Shown here: positions 1 through 12,330 of the stretch, one piece after another
Position numbering within the stretch: position 1 is the first letter of the stretch
Layout: every line of letters begins with the position of its first letter
Assembly (NCBI RefSeq): GCF_001447785.1
Contig: NW_015172565.1
Coordinates: forward strand, 347,947 to 411,946
Length of the DNA: 64,000 nt
Direction: 5' to 3'
Source of the DNA: Gekko japonicus
Lineage: Eukaryota
The notes under the pieces: generated by a model
Databases searched by the model: none
Told to the model about the DNA's origin: nothing
The model's input: only the letters and a program-made list of their open reading frames with translations
Made by a program: the position numbers and the translations under genes

Positions 1-516
1 AGGCCCTTGTTTTGCCTAAAGCAAAAGACTTTTTGAACACTACGGGGAATGTTTAATTATACCCAAATCCCCTCCCCCCCATATGGCTGAATTGATATTA
101 GCAAAGAAAAGATCCTCAGAGGCAGGAGTAATATTTACATCACAAACAGCCATTTTCATATGATGCTTAAGTGATTACAGCAGTCCAGTATTTGGAGTTA
201 TTCCCTATAACTGTTTTGGACAGACCAATGTTCAGATTTCAAAGCCTCACAAGTCAATAAGATGATGGAATACATTAAGGAGGAAAAAGCAAAGCTAAAT
301 TCTGTAGAAATAACCATAATGCAGGCACCAGCCCCTCAAAAAACCATAGCAAGACAAAAAAACTACATAAAGTACAAAATAGGTGGGGAACTTTGCCCTC
401 CCTGCTCCTGACATAAATCAATCAGTATTTAAACAATCTAAATCTAACACAGAAACTGTGTTTAACAGTTTTTATCTACAGTTTTTCAAATGCTGCAGCT
501 TAAAAGACAGACAGAC

Positions 517-661
517 CTGAGCTCCAATGTCCATGTCTTGCCTCGCCGAGACTGGATAAGCGTTCGCAAAGAATTTGCAATACATCTTTTCCCGTCCCAG
601 TATAAGAGAACAGCCACTAAGCCCCTTGTTAGGCCAGGAAAATAAGGCTGCTGGTGCTCTC
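517..661 (-). CDS. NUP205: NUP205 coding exon 4 (gene continues beyond the window start)
   Basis: ttcag|GEHQQPYFPGLTRGLVAVLLYWDGKRCIANSLRTLIQSRRGKTWTLELS|gtctgt; 145 nt. Confidence 0.96.
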
Positions 662-1879
662 CTGAAAAATGAAAAATAGTTCACTCAATTGTGAGAGAAG
701 CCCAAATTTTTGCCAGTTATCAGTTGTGTGTATGTAATATTCCTCTGTGTGTCTGTCTCTTTGTCACAATTACAACCTCCACCAGCTCTGCCAACAGACA
801 CAGAGCAAGTATTATCCATATCCAAATCTGACTCCAAAGCAACTGAAAACAGAAGTGTGACAACTAAACCCAAAATTGTGTAAAAGCTTTGGGGAGTGGG
901 GGCAGCCAATTAATCAAATGTGGTTAACAGAGCTTTACTCTGATAATTGCTGCTATGTTTTTGTACACAAAAAGTACACAAAACAATATTGAAAGTATGT
1001 ATCCACCACTCATAAAACCAAAATAAAGTTCTGTAACAGACTAGCTTTATATTTCTTTAATTCCCGATATCACAGGAGCAAAGCAGCCTCCTTGAGACAT
1101 CAGGGAAGGGGGCGATCTTATCCAGCAAGCCACACTCACAGTTCATTTTGGGGTTTGACTTGGCTACCACCTGGCCAGCCACACTGCACTTTGCAACATC
1201 CTAAAGGATGCCAGGTTTGCAGCAGCCTTTTTCACAAGCTGCGGCACTGGCAAAAGGGCTGTTTCATCGCTCATCCTCAGCAGAAGCTTTGGCTGCAAGT
1301 GAGGGAGTGGATCAGTGACAGTAAGGTTGTAACTTGGTGGGTCTTCTTTTCACCAGTCACTGGTAAGTTCAGGGACTAGCCTTCTGTCTCCAGACATATT
1401 GCGAACCTGAGTTTATGAATCTGAGCTCTGCAAGTGCTGAATATAGATACCAGATGGCTTTTGGAATTTTTCTAGGTAACCAAAGGAGGATTTGCATTGC
1501 CACCTACTACAGGTGCTGGTTAACAGAGTTATATGGATAACCAAGTACCAGCTAACGTAGTCTTTACTGCATATTATTAGAACACGTGTAATTAAGGAAG
1601 AGGATTTATACCCCGCCCTTTATTTGGAGTCTCAAAATGGCTTACAGTCTCCTTCTCTTCCTCTGCACCAGCATAAGCCTTGAAGTTCACCACTTGTTGA
1701 ATGCAAGGAACAATTTCTTCCCAAAAATTAGCTCCCAAAATCCTGCTTTATTTTGACCATCAGGCATGATTTCTCTTATGATTTAACATTCAAGTTTTTA
1801 AGAACATAATTTGCTAAATAATACACAATCAGAATGTAAAAGAAACAGATAGCCTGCACTCAGTGCAGGATCCCATTAC

Positions 1880-2051
1880 CAGCCAGGAGGAGTTCCACAG
1901 CTGCCAGTTCCCCAATATCAAAAAGATTGCTTAGAATAAAGGCCTCTCTGATGAGCTGCTCTGGTAATAGTCTAGTTCCCTGTTGGCCCTGGATAGCGAC
2001 TCCTTCAGTACTTGCTTTCTGAATCTTTTCATGCTGTTGAGCATTTTTTGG
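1880..2051 (-). CDS. NUP205: NUP205 coding exon 3
   Basis: tatag|PKNAQQHEKIQKASTEGVAIQGQQGTRLLPEQLIREAFILSNLFDIGELAAVELLLA|gtaatg; 172 nt. Confidence 0.96.
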
Positions 2052-4222
2052 CTATAAAACAATCAGATAAAAAATGCAAATTCATCAGAAATAAATTTGT
2101 CATAATACCCTTAGACATCTTTCCATTGTAAACACTACCTATGATTCAACTCAATGACAATAGTCTAATAAATGTTATACTCCACATACATCTTGTGATG
2201 TAGAAAAGGATCTTAAACAATTTGCAAGTATTTATTTACAATGATTAAATACAGTTATTGTATGTTATACTTCGTTAAAATAAAATAACTCCATTTTGAA
2301 AAAATATCTCTTCTGATGAGAAGCCATAAAAATAATATATTGCTTTTCCAATTTTTGGTTTTCACTAAGGAAACCCTTCTTTATCCTGTGAATTACTTTC
2401 AGCCCATCAATTAGGTTAAATGTTTGCAACATCCTACACTTGCTAATAAGTGCCTATCCTTCAGAAAAAACACAGGAGATAGAGTGACTGCGGGAGTTAT
2501 TTGTTATAAGAATAAAAGATTTCCTGACTCGCTCTGCATCCTTGTTACTGTGTCCTTGGACTCTGCATAACATCCTCTCCTCCTATGCTCTACCATGACA
2601 GTTTCACTCATCTGACCAGGGCTTTCTGCAGGTACCACCCTGCAAATGGGCAAGATCAACAACTGCCTGTATTTGTGCATTCTCTGTTGTGCCACCACCT
2701 TGTGTCTGATGAGGTCAAGAAGGCTCCCACTCTCCTGGTAAAGCAAAACTGAATTTTTCAGATGAGCATCCCTACAAAGGGAATAGGGCTATACTATAGC
2801 AGAATGTTTCAGGAAAATGTTTTAATAAAGGGAAAGGAACTATGGACTGCACTACTGTGCATAGTATATACTCTCTTTTGTTGTATCTATTTTATGTAAT
2901 TTCTGCATTGTTTAATAGATCATGTTAATATTTATGCTTTGTTTCAGATTTCTACAATTCTAATCCTATTTCATTACTTATTAGATGTAACATCCTGTTG
3001 ATGGCATTGATTTACACTGTGTAATAACTGCCTTGAATCTCAGTGAGAAAAGTGGACTATAAATAACTGATATAAATAAACGAAAAGGAATACCCTTGTC
3101 TTCTCTCACAAATGTGCTTAGGAAAATGTACGCTTAAATCTCTGTTTCCAAGCACAACGGACCTCTCCTGAGAAACATTAGTGGGCCACAACCTTTCCAA
3201 ACTCCCTGATGCTAAATATGCAAGCAAGAATGTCAAAAGCTTTGAGGAACAGTACAAGAGATTCCCTAAGTTTATGGGCATAACTCTTCATATGTCTCAA
3301 ATTAGATTTAAAGCATAGACTTCCAAGGTCCACATTCTTACAGCCTGGTTCCATGCATGTTCCCACAGAGGGAAGTTCCACTATGTTTAATGGACATATT
3401 TCAGAGTTAAAAGTGCCTAAAACTGTAGTCTTAGCCACTGTGCTAATCCAATATTCAAAAAACGTTTTGTCACTAACTTGCTTACCTGCATCTGTAATCA
3501 CTTAAGTAAATTTATTGGAACTCAAAAGTATTTTAAAACATTAAGAATTCTGTCCTTTTCTATTACAAGTGTACCAATTAAACTGAAAAATATAGCTGTA
3601 AAATATTTTGCATACTCAAAAAGTCTCTTACAATCCAATCTCAAATATATTAATCAGGAGTAAGTCAAACAGATTTAAATAAGCATTACTTCCCTTTCTA
3701 TCACTGTCTCCCAGTAGAGGGCAAAGATTTCTTCATTTTGACTGGTGTTCCTTCAATAATCCCACCTTCCTACTTTATGTTTTAATTTGATGCCTTCTGT
3801 TTCATGTTTGTATTTTTAGCTCTACTTTTATGGTATATTTTTATTAGACTGTTTTAATTATTAACTGCCTCATGCCCCAATTGCGTTGAAAGGCAGGATA
3901 AAAATGTAAATAAATAAACATTAGGTGTGTTTAGAGTCAGACCCTTAAGAAGAATATAACAAAACTCCAGTACTACTTGTAAATACAAAGTGGGAAAACA
4001 GAGAACCACAACAAGGTTATTTGAATGAAAAAGACTATGCAGAAAGAATGTGCTCACTAATGCACTGTTAAAATATTCAATTGACAAAATATGTATTTCA
4101 TTATTATAAACTAATTTCTTCACAACCCTCACTGTTAACCACACAAGACAAAACTGAGAGATTCCAACAATACCAACATGACCTCACCCCACCTCCAAAG
4201 ATAGGGAAATGTTTATTTTTAC

Positions 4223-4365
4223 CGGATTTCTGAAGAGTGATATAAAATCAGGTTTGTGTTTCTTTAAAACCTGATCAAGAAGGTGTATCGCTTCTGGCTG
4301 TCTTTTCCATATTGCATTAACCACAGTCTGCCAAAGGTCTTTGTAGGGCCCCCATAAACTAGCAA
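4223..4365 (-). CDS. NUP205: NUP205 coding exon 2
   Basis: ttcag|..ASLWGPYKDLWQTVVNAIWKRQPEAIHLLDQVLKKHKPDFISLFRNP|gtaaaa; 143 nt, frame-consistent with exons 1 and 3. Confidence 0.96.
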
Positions 4366-5321
4366 CTGAAAAAAATGCACAGAATATTTTTTTCAACTGG
4401 AGAATATGATAACAAAGTTATTTCACACTGAATGGGTTCAATACTTCAAATACAAACATGCAAGTACAATGAGGGAAGATGTCTGTATACTGATGATCAT
4501 ATACAGACTGACGATACCCTCATGACACATGTAACCTATAACCACATGCCTGTGTCCATTTGTATCATCAGCACTGATTTGAAAGGAAAGAATGATGATA
4601 AAAATGTGTTTTTGCAGAAGCAGGCAAAGAGTCCAGGTTACTTCACATTATCACACTTTTTAAAAAAAGGTAATTTTGTGCCCAGTGATAAATAGGATAA
4701 CCCCACACACAAGTATTTCAGCATAAGCTATATGAAAGTTTGTTTCCTACCTAAATACATAACATGTAGACTATGTCTCACTGCAGTTAAAAGTACAGCC
4801 TTACATCAAGAAAAGAAAGATATATGCAGCATTTAAACAGAGGTGATGACTGCTATCAGGGTAAGGACTGACAGATTAGAACAGTAAACTCTGCTTTTCT
4901 AATGATACACAGAACCCAAGAAAAGCTTCAAAGGGCTTTTAGTATAAGGCTGCATAATAAATCAGCAATAATTTCATTGACAGATGAATGATCCAAAAAT
5001 GAAAGATGGGAGACTCACATAGGATGCATGGTGTTAGTTGTGTTGAGAAAAATACAGTAAACAGAATGGATGTCATTAGATTGGGTTACACAGAGGGTGC
5101 GTAGCCCCAAAAGCAAAGTAGTTATCCTTTGACCGCACTGTTATATTCACAATTAGGATACTTAGAGAATGGAAGCAATGCAGTTTCCTTCCAGGCCTTC
5201 AGGGCATGCTTATCACCATTATCATTACCACTCTATCTATATAAAAATAAAATAAAATATAGGGCCACTGACCAAGGTGGGGGGCTCTGCAAATGCAGTG
5301 CAATTAAAGAAGCTCATCTAA

Positions 5322-5681
5322 GGTCCCGGTCACATGGGCTGGATAACGCGGGGGGGGGGGAGGCATGCCTATTTGTGCCGTCGCAGTTTGATCCACAATT
5401 ATGCGTTCAGACGTGATGGCGGCTTCCTCCTTTGGCACCCAAGGCAAACAGGACAGTGGGGGAGAAAGCTGCACGCCGACGCGATCACACTGGGGGAATT
5501 CGCATGCAGCCCGTGGCAAACCATTTGCTAGTAGGTCGTCCCAGTTACTTTTTTAATGGGCATCTTCGGCGGGACACCATGGGTTCACTACGCCTCCCAG
5601 ATGTTCCAGTGTGATCGCGCCAGAAAACTCCACAGAAGAATCGTGCCTTCAGCGTGGCAAATGCTCCGTGTGACCAGGGCC
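5322..5681. mobile_element. PIF/Harbinger-type MITE
   Basis: Imperfect TIRs ggtcccggtcacatgg / ccgtgtgaccagggcc flanked by TAA on both sides (5319-5321, 5682-5684). Confidence 0.75.
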
Positions 5682-5835
5682 TAAGTCATATACAATAACA
5701 ACGTATTAGATACGGTTTTGCTTTGTTTTGGGTGTGTGGACTTTTTTACAGGGATTTTAAAAACGGACAGAGAACCTTCTCCATCTGCCATCCAAAATTC
5801 TGAGACACTCACTGAAGGTAATGGACAATAGATTC

Positions 5836-6130
5836 AGGATAAGCACAAGGAAGTACTACTTTCCTCAACAAGTAATGGCCCTGAGCATAGATGGCTTTAA
5901 AAGAAGATTAGACAAATTCATGAAAGACTGGACCATTAATAGCTACCAGCCGTGGTGAGCGAAAGGAACCTCCTCGTTCACAGGCAGCAAATCTCTAAAT
6001 ACCAGCGCTGGGAACAACATAAAAAGAAGGCCTTAGGCTCGAATGACCTATCTGTTGGTCCTTCAGGGCAACCGGACGGCTGCTGTATGTAACAGGACTC
6101 TTTGACTTGACAGATTGCTGGTCTCCAGTG
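5836..6130 (+). mobile_element. Old CR1 LINE 3' fragment
   Basis: gatggctttaaaagaagattagacaaattcatg...aatagctac resembles the CR1 ORF2 end seen in the younger copy at 34.9 kb. Confidence 0.55.
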
Positions 6131-6339
6131 GGACTCTTTTCACGTTAACGCCAAGCTCCCTAATCGGTTGCTTGGAAGCGCCTTTGACTCCTCGTGGACA
6201 TGGGAGGCTTAGGGTCGTTCGCTTTCGCAGCGCAAGGAGCGCAGAAACTGACATGGCACCGAAACCACAACACTGTAGAAAACAGACACAAACTACACTC
6301 GTTGTCGCCCGCTATAACTCCCGCACGGGTTCCTCATAC

Positions 6340-6367
6340 CTGAAATTACCGCCAACGGCGCCGCCAT
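6340..6367 (-). CDS. NUP205: Nucleoporin NUP205, coding exon 1 (MAAPLAVIS, phase-1 end)
   Basis: Minus strand reads aaaATGGCGGCGCCGTTGGCGGTAATTTCAG|gtatga inside a CpG island; resembles the vertebrate NUP205 N-terminus (MATPLAVNS) and splices in frame to exon 2. Confidence 0.93.
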
Positions 6368-6860
6368 TTTGGAAACTCTGTGCGATCCCAAAGGTCGTCT
6401 CTTCCGATAGGCCCAGAAATATAGGAAGGTGACCACAGTAATGCCGGCATTAAAAAACAATAAACAAACCGGATTTTTCTGTTACTCAACTGAGAAATGC
6501 CAGGACCAGGTCTCCCTTATTGTTTGCCATCCACATTTGCGGATAGCGCCTCAGTTAACGGAATTAGATGGACGCCAAGCGTACAGGCTCAGGTAGCCTG
6601 GCTAATCAACATTGCGGGGACCCGAAGCAATGGTCTCTGGGAACTGTAGTTCCAGTCTGCTTCACGCCGAAAAGGCGGGAAAGGTAGTGCCAAAGAACTC
6701 TTATTAAGCGACTTCTAGTTATTTGTCCAAGTAGAGAGTTAAAGGAAAAACCAGTTAGGTTTGGGACACACACAGCCGTTTTTTCTCTAGGTGGTGCCGA
6801 TGTTTTCATATTTCTTTGCATGACTCTCGCGGCCGAAATGCTTGCTGGCCCCAAAACAAT
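6368..6860 (-). promoter_or_regulatory. NUP205 CpG-island promoter with ZNF143/ACTACA motif and E2F site
   Basis: CpG-rich; tgggaactgtagt at 6638-6650 (reverse of ACTACAnnTCCCA); ggcgggaaa at 6674-6682; YY1-like aaaatggcggc at the start codon. Confidence 0.75.
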
Positions 6861-7145
6861 GTTCTTGCCTTGGGAATATTACATTGTACACAGTACAAGA
6901 AGCAAAACTAGGCCACCTGTAAATAAAGTGTTTAAACACATTTTCGGGACTCCCTAACTATGCAGAACAGTAGCCTTGTTCATAAATTACAGTGAACGCA
7001 TGTACACTTGATTGTTCTTTGTATATGTAATTCTCCCGTTACAGCCTATCCATGTACAGCTGAATGTGTGCTACAAACACCGTGTACTGGTCCCCGGTTT
7101 CGTTGGTTAAAGTGAACGCATGTTGGACCTTTCTTACAAACGCAC

Positions 7146-7298
7146 GTTGTTGTTGTTGTTGTTCAGTCGCACAGTCGAGTCCGACTCTTCGCGACCCCAT
7201 GGACCAGATCACGCCAAGCCTTCCGGTCTTCCGCCGTCCTCTGAAGTTGGCTCAATTTCATGTTCGTTGCATCTATGACACTGTCTAACCATCTCATC
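7146..7298 (-). mobile_element. BovB/RTE 3' fragment
   Basis: (CAA)n tail and ggggtcgcgaagagtcggactcgactg terminus on the minus strand; similar to copies at 9.2, 20.1 and 24.8 kb. Confidence 0.85.
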
Positions 7299-7608
7299 TG
7301 GATCCCCCTGAATTAGAGCTCATCCCCAGACTACAGAGATCCGGGGAAAGTAGATGTTTTGGAGGGTGGCCTCTGTGGCATTGTACCCTACTAAAGTCCC
7401 TGTCCTCCCCAGCCTCCCCCCCCCCCCCCCTCCCCCGGGTGTGGGGCTGGCAACAAGGCAACTATGACTTTGTGAATTAACCACAAGAGGGATCATGCTC
7501 CAGGAACAGTACAGCTGAGAGTTAGCGAACGTTAGAAAGGGAATGGGAAACCTTAGTCTGCTCTGCATCACTTCCAGAAAATGCAGACGGGGGGGGGGGG
7601 GGGGGATG

Positions 7609-7610
<2 letters not shown>

Positions 7611-7655
<45 letters not shown>
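7611..7655. repeat. (GT)n microsatellite preceded by a poly-G run
   Basis: Direct reading. Confidence 0.95.
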
Positions 7656-7657
<2 letters not shown>

Positions 7658-7799
7658 CAGGAGTCCTCCTCCTCCTCTTGCCGTGCAGTTCCTCTCGGAT
7701 TCCCAGGAAATACTCTTGACAAACAAGCTGCCCTATCTCTCGAAGAAGCCGGAAGCTCAGAGGAGCTACGCTGATGGTTTTAATTATCAGAGCCTTGCA

Positions 7800-8640
7800 G
7801 AGTACTCCTGTGCCGTGAGATCCACTCGAAATAGGCTCGCAAAATCACCGAGTTGATCTCCTGGGCGACGCAGCCCGCGCCGGGCGAAAGAGGACGGGGA
7901 GGCTTCCGCGCTAGGAAAGGGAGGGACCGGCGGCTTCCGAGCGTCCATCCGGCGGGCGCACGTGCTGTTTACTCCGCCTCCTTGTGTGGCTGTGAGCTGA
8001 GACTCAGCTTCGCCGGATTCTCGCTGGGGAGACGCTGGAGCGGCTGGATCGAGGAGGCGTCTTGTGAGGGGTCTGGTGGGTGAGTAATCGCTGCAGCAGT
8101 GACTGCTGGGGGATGAGTAAGCGCCGGCTTCGTCGGGAGCCTCCAGTCCTCGGCTCTTCCCCGTCGCCTCCTGTCTCACTCTGGTCAGGCGCTGGGAGGT
8201 TCCCTCGGAAGCGGAGCGAACCAGACCGGTTGCTCTGCCCACAGCGAGGGCTCATCAGTTCCTTCTCCCCAGGATGTGAAGGGCCTTCTTTTCGAGAGGT
8301 CTCCGCCTTTGGGGGGTCTGGTCTGGCCGAGGGAGGGAGCCCCTTGGGGATCCGCAGGCCTTGCCCCCCGTGGAGCTTCGCCTCCGGCTGGCCTGCAAAC
8401 TACGGTTCGGCATGGCTGGCCCGTTCAGTGGCCCTAGTCTGTGTGCTTCATCCTTTAGGCAGTAACGACTTTCAGGCAGTTCTTGAATTAAGGATTCAAG
8501 AGAATCTGATTCAGTGTAGTGTGCTGACCAAGGATTTTCAGGCTAAATGATTTCCCCTCCCTCTTTCTTTCTTCGTTAATCCTCGGCAGGCTTGTGGTTC
8601 TGCTTCAGGCGTGTCGATTTTGGTTTTTAGGAACTGAGTG
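7800..8640 (+). promoter_or_regulatory. POLR3H: CpG island and probable non-coding exon 1 of POLR3H (donor gtgagt at 8080; alternative gtaagc at 8117)
   Basis: High CpG/GC; donor gg|gtgagt; the ATG-bearing exon downstream is preceded by a splice acceptor (ccccctgccag at 10817), which implies an upstream exon. TSS not determinable from sequence. Confidence 0.7.
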
Positions 8641-9193
8641 GGGTATCTAAAGAGGAATGATCCTGGCTTAGAGGAGGCACATGGGGTACCTTACAGAAGC
8701 TAATGTGTAGGGGCCTGGGTTTTTTAGGGGGGAGGGATGTTCAGGCACTTGTTTGAAGGCAGGGTGGGCTGATTTCATTCATCAGGAGCAATGATTTAAA
8801 TCAAATCACACATTTAGAAGTTTGAACGTGTACTTAATGGACCTGTATGTTGCTATAACAGTTCAAGCATTCCCACTTAAACGCATACCTTATAGCTGCA
8901 AAGTTGTATATGCGTAGATAGAAAATATATATCTGATTCTCATTGGGTACATGATAATGGCCTTGGCTGTAATCATCCAAAATGTTCTAGAACAGACTTG
9001 TAATTAACATACCAAAACAGATATGGGAAATCCCCATCTTGTTTGGCTGATAATTATAAATAGTCATACTCTTAAAAATTAAATACATCATAGTGGGTAT
9101 AAAAGAATGGGGGGAAAGCCATGCATATGGGCTCTGTGCGTAGTTTTGGTGTGATGGAGAAGTGCAGCTAAATAAGTAGATGGTAAGGGTAGA

Positions 9194-9356
9194 AGACGGG
9201 GACGGCAAAGGATGAGATGGTTAGACGGTGTCATCGATGCAACGAACAGGAAATTGAGCCAACTTCAGAGGACGGCGGAAGACAGGAAGGCCTGGCGGGA
9301 TCTGGTCCATGGGGTTGCGAAGAGTCGGACTCGACTGTGCGACTGAACAACAACAA
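9194..9356 (+). mobile_element. BovB/RTE 3' fragment with TSD
   Basis: GRQRMRWLD-coding end, (CAA)n tail, aagggtaga at 9185-9193 and 9357-9365. Confidence 0.85.
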
Positions 9357-9578
9357 AAGGGTAGATGGAGAAGAGAATGTTTTCTGCTGTTGGGAAAGGG
9401 GAAAAGATTTGCTTTTGATGAAGACAAAATTGGTTTTGAATATGACAAAATAAATATACCTGTCAATAAGCATAGTTATGTTCCCCCCCCCCCAGTTGTC
9501 TGACCAATTAAAGTGATCTCTGTGGCTTCTGAGTAAAAAAAACTTCCTCAGTCTTACTTTGGAGGACAGAAAAGATCC

Positions 9579-9941
9579 CGTTATGAAAACAGAAACAATA
9601 CATTTGCTCGCGTCTGATAGTTCTTGAAAAAAGACTCAGGAATCTTGTTATGTCTTAATGTAATAAAGACATGAGTGAGCTTATGCACAGTCTATATTAA
9701 AAGAGCATTGCAAGGATTGACCTAATGGGCCAATCAGAGAAGCCTTTGCCTTCGGCGGGAACCACTCTCATTGGTTCCAAGCTCCATATTCCTATTGGTT
9801 GTTATCTGTTTGTTGGGTGTGGTTTTGCCCGTTCAAATCATATATAAGCCAGCCTTGTTCTATGAAGTTTGTCTTTGTGTTATGAGCTGAATAAAATGAA
9901 ATCACTTGTTCAAGAAGCTGCCTCGATCTCAGTTCATAATA
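9579..9941 (+). mobile_element. Probable solo LTR in POLR3H intron 1
   Basis: Ends (c)gttatgaa...ttcataat(a) are inverted and resemble mutated TG...CA; internal CCAAT boxes, tatataag, then aataaa in U3-R order. Confidence 0.5.
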
Positions 9942-10165
9942 AATCTTAAATAATGTAGTGAGATGCGGTTTTCATTCCTCAAAGTCCTTGTGGATATCCT
10001 ATCATCTGAGCCTAGGAGGGACCATTCTTTGTATGGACACAACTTTTTAGATTCAGGTAGCAGAATATTCTTGTTTGGCTTCAGCAGTAATGCTACATCT
10101 GCTGTGGCAATTTCTGAAAGAGGATTTTCTCTTTGGAGAAAATTGCTAGGTTCTATGTCCTATGC

Positions 10166-10449
10166 GGTTCAAGACCCGGGTGCCGCAAGACAGGGTGAGC
10201 TCCTGTCTCTAGTTCCAGCTCCTGCCAACCTAGCAGTTCGAAAGCAAGAAATTGCAAGTAGATTAATAGGTACCACTTCGGTGGGAAGGTAACAGCGTTC
10301 CGTGCGCCTTGGCGTTTAGTCACGCCGGCCACATGACCACGGAAACGTCTTCGGACAGCGCTGGCTCTTCGGCTTTGAAACGGAGATGAGCACCGCAACC
10401 CTAGAGTCGGATTCGACTGGCTTTCGAGCAAGGGAACCTTTACCTTTAC
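10166..10449 (+). mobile_element. Sauria SINE, 5'-truncated
   Basis: (ACCTTT)n tail; 13-bp TSD ctatgtcctatgc at 10153-10165 and 10450-10462. Confidence 0.9.
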
Positions 10450-10841
10450 CTATGTCCTATGCTAATGAACGAATGTCTATATCACAACTAAAACTGACAC
10501 GGTATAAAGTATATGATCTGCACATTGTGGAAGGTGAGAATAAAGCATTTGCCCTTTTGGTCCTGGCCCATGTAACTTGTTAAGCTTATCAATGCCTTCT
10601 CATTTTTAGAAAAGATTTTCTTATATAAAACATCTTCAAACTTCATATATGCTTCAGCTATGATTTTTCTGGATAACATAGCTCGGTATTTCATACTGTC
10701 CAAGTAGTAGGCATTTAGTGGTTAAACAAAATAGAAAGTTGACCAATGAAAGATTTCTGACAACTATAATTGCAGAAAAGAATGTTCTCTCTCACTCTGC
10801 ATTTTCCCCCCTGCCAGGAACATTGCTTTTGCTTTGCCAAT

Positions 10842-10952
10842 ATGTTTGTGCTAGTGGAAATGACAGATACTGTGCGAATACCTCCATGGCAATTTGAAAG
10901 GAAGCTTAATGATGCAATCACAGAAGAATTAAACAAGAAGCTAGCAAATAAG
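10842..10952 (+). CDS. POLR3H: RNA polymerase III subunit RPC8, coding exon 1 (exon starts at 10818 with 24 nt of 5'UTR)
   Basis: [37 protein letters not shown]|gtaaag; recognisable RPC8/RPC25 N-terminus. Confidence 0.96.
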
Positions 10953-11455
10953 GTAAAGTTTAGAGTGCTGTAGGCCAGTGCTTGATTAACATATATATAT
11001 ATAGGGCAAACCATGGTTGCCATCATCACAACAAAAAAGCTGACCTCTAGCCTTAATTCAGTCCCTCTCCAATTTCTCATAATTTCATTATTGCTTTAAG
11101 AAGCTTGATTTAATTCACCTACCACTACTGAATGGTTTTCACATATAAACAAGGAATGTCAAAACCTGCATGCACATGCTTTTAATGTCATACAACAAAG
11201 CATATTGATGTGAAATGATAAAAAGAGCTTCTACTGAGAATCAGTGTGAGGCACTACAATAAAAGCATTGCTGAAAATACGACGCCATAATGAAGTTTCT
11301 AAGTGCCATGGCAACCTGGAACCTGGGAATTTTTGAGCCCTGTTAGAGGGCTGTAATGGGAATATATTCCAAAGTCAGAAGCCTTGATATTTAGCTACAT
11401 ATTCAAAAGTGTTAAAGAACACTGTTAAAGAACAGTGTGGTTCTTTACTATGACC

Positions 11456-11660
11456 ATATGAAGCTGCCTTGTACTGAATCAGACTGTTAGAATATCTATC
11501 TTGGATTGGCTAGTCTGACTAGTCTGACAACAGTTCTCCAGGCAAAGAGACGTCTTTTCCAACCTATCACCTGAGATCCTTTAACTAGAGAGGTCAGAGA
11601 TTGAACCTGGTAGCTTCAGCATGCAAAACGTTATCACTGAACCTTAGTCTCTCCCCATAA
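11456..11660 (-). mobile_element. Degenerate tRNA-derived SINE (Squam2-like)
   Basis: Similar to 31478-31693 (atgaagctgcctt...gattgaacctgg). Confidence 0.6.
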
Positions 11661-12042
11661 TACTAGTCATGGTGCAAATTGATACTTTTAATAAGTGTAA
11701 TGTGCAAACAGCTGTCCCCAGTCATTGCCAATTTTAACAGACTGGATAGAATTGGGAGCAAATTAAGTTCTGTATCTCTCCATTGCTAACACTTGTTGTC
11801 TAGGTGTACTGTAATAAAATGCAGGAGAGCAGAAAAATAAAGAGTCAAAATCAACTTTTTTGGTTGCTCTGGGATACATATGGCAGTATCCCTTTGGAAA
11901 TCTATTTTTGCCAAGGTTTCTGTATGAACCACTTCTATCCATTCAGTTATTATGCTTCAGTTCACCAGGCTGGTTTATTTGTATGGCCTTTCTTGTGCAT
12001 AAATTCTGATATGCTATTTAAGGAAGGTTTAACATATTTTCT

Positions 12043-12178
12043 TGTTCCAATGTATCTGAAATAGTGTGCCTTGCACATGAAAGCTCATACCTTGATTAAA
12101 CCTTTGTTGGTTTTAAAAGTGTCACTGGACTCTAAATTTGTTCTACTGCTTCAGACCAACATGGCTGACCATCTGGAT
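12043..12178 (+). mobile_element. Penelope-like element terminal fragment
   Basis: tctgaa..gtgtgc..gcacatgaaagctcatacc..ctttgttgg..gtcactggactc; repeated at 24.2, 27.5, 52.2 and 54.6 kb. Confidence 0.65.
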
Positions 12179-12233
12179 ATATTTTCTCATTGTTACTGGG
12201 ACCTATTGCTATGTAAGCTCTTTCCCCAAACAG

Positions 12234-12330
12234 GTTGTATATAACGTTGGCCTCTGTATTTGTCTGTATGATATCACAAAGCTGGAAGATTCCTATATAT
12301 TTCCAGGAGATGGTGCGTCACACACAAAAG
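12234..12330 (+). CDS. POLR3H: POLR3H coding exon 2
   Basis: aacag|[32 protein letters not shown]|gtttgt; 97 nt. Confidence 0.96.

Noticed and set aside
7787-8550. Overlapping 150-aa ORFs in the POLR3H CpG island (likewise 25991-26876)
   Set aside because: Low-complexity GC-driven frames on both strands with no protein similarity
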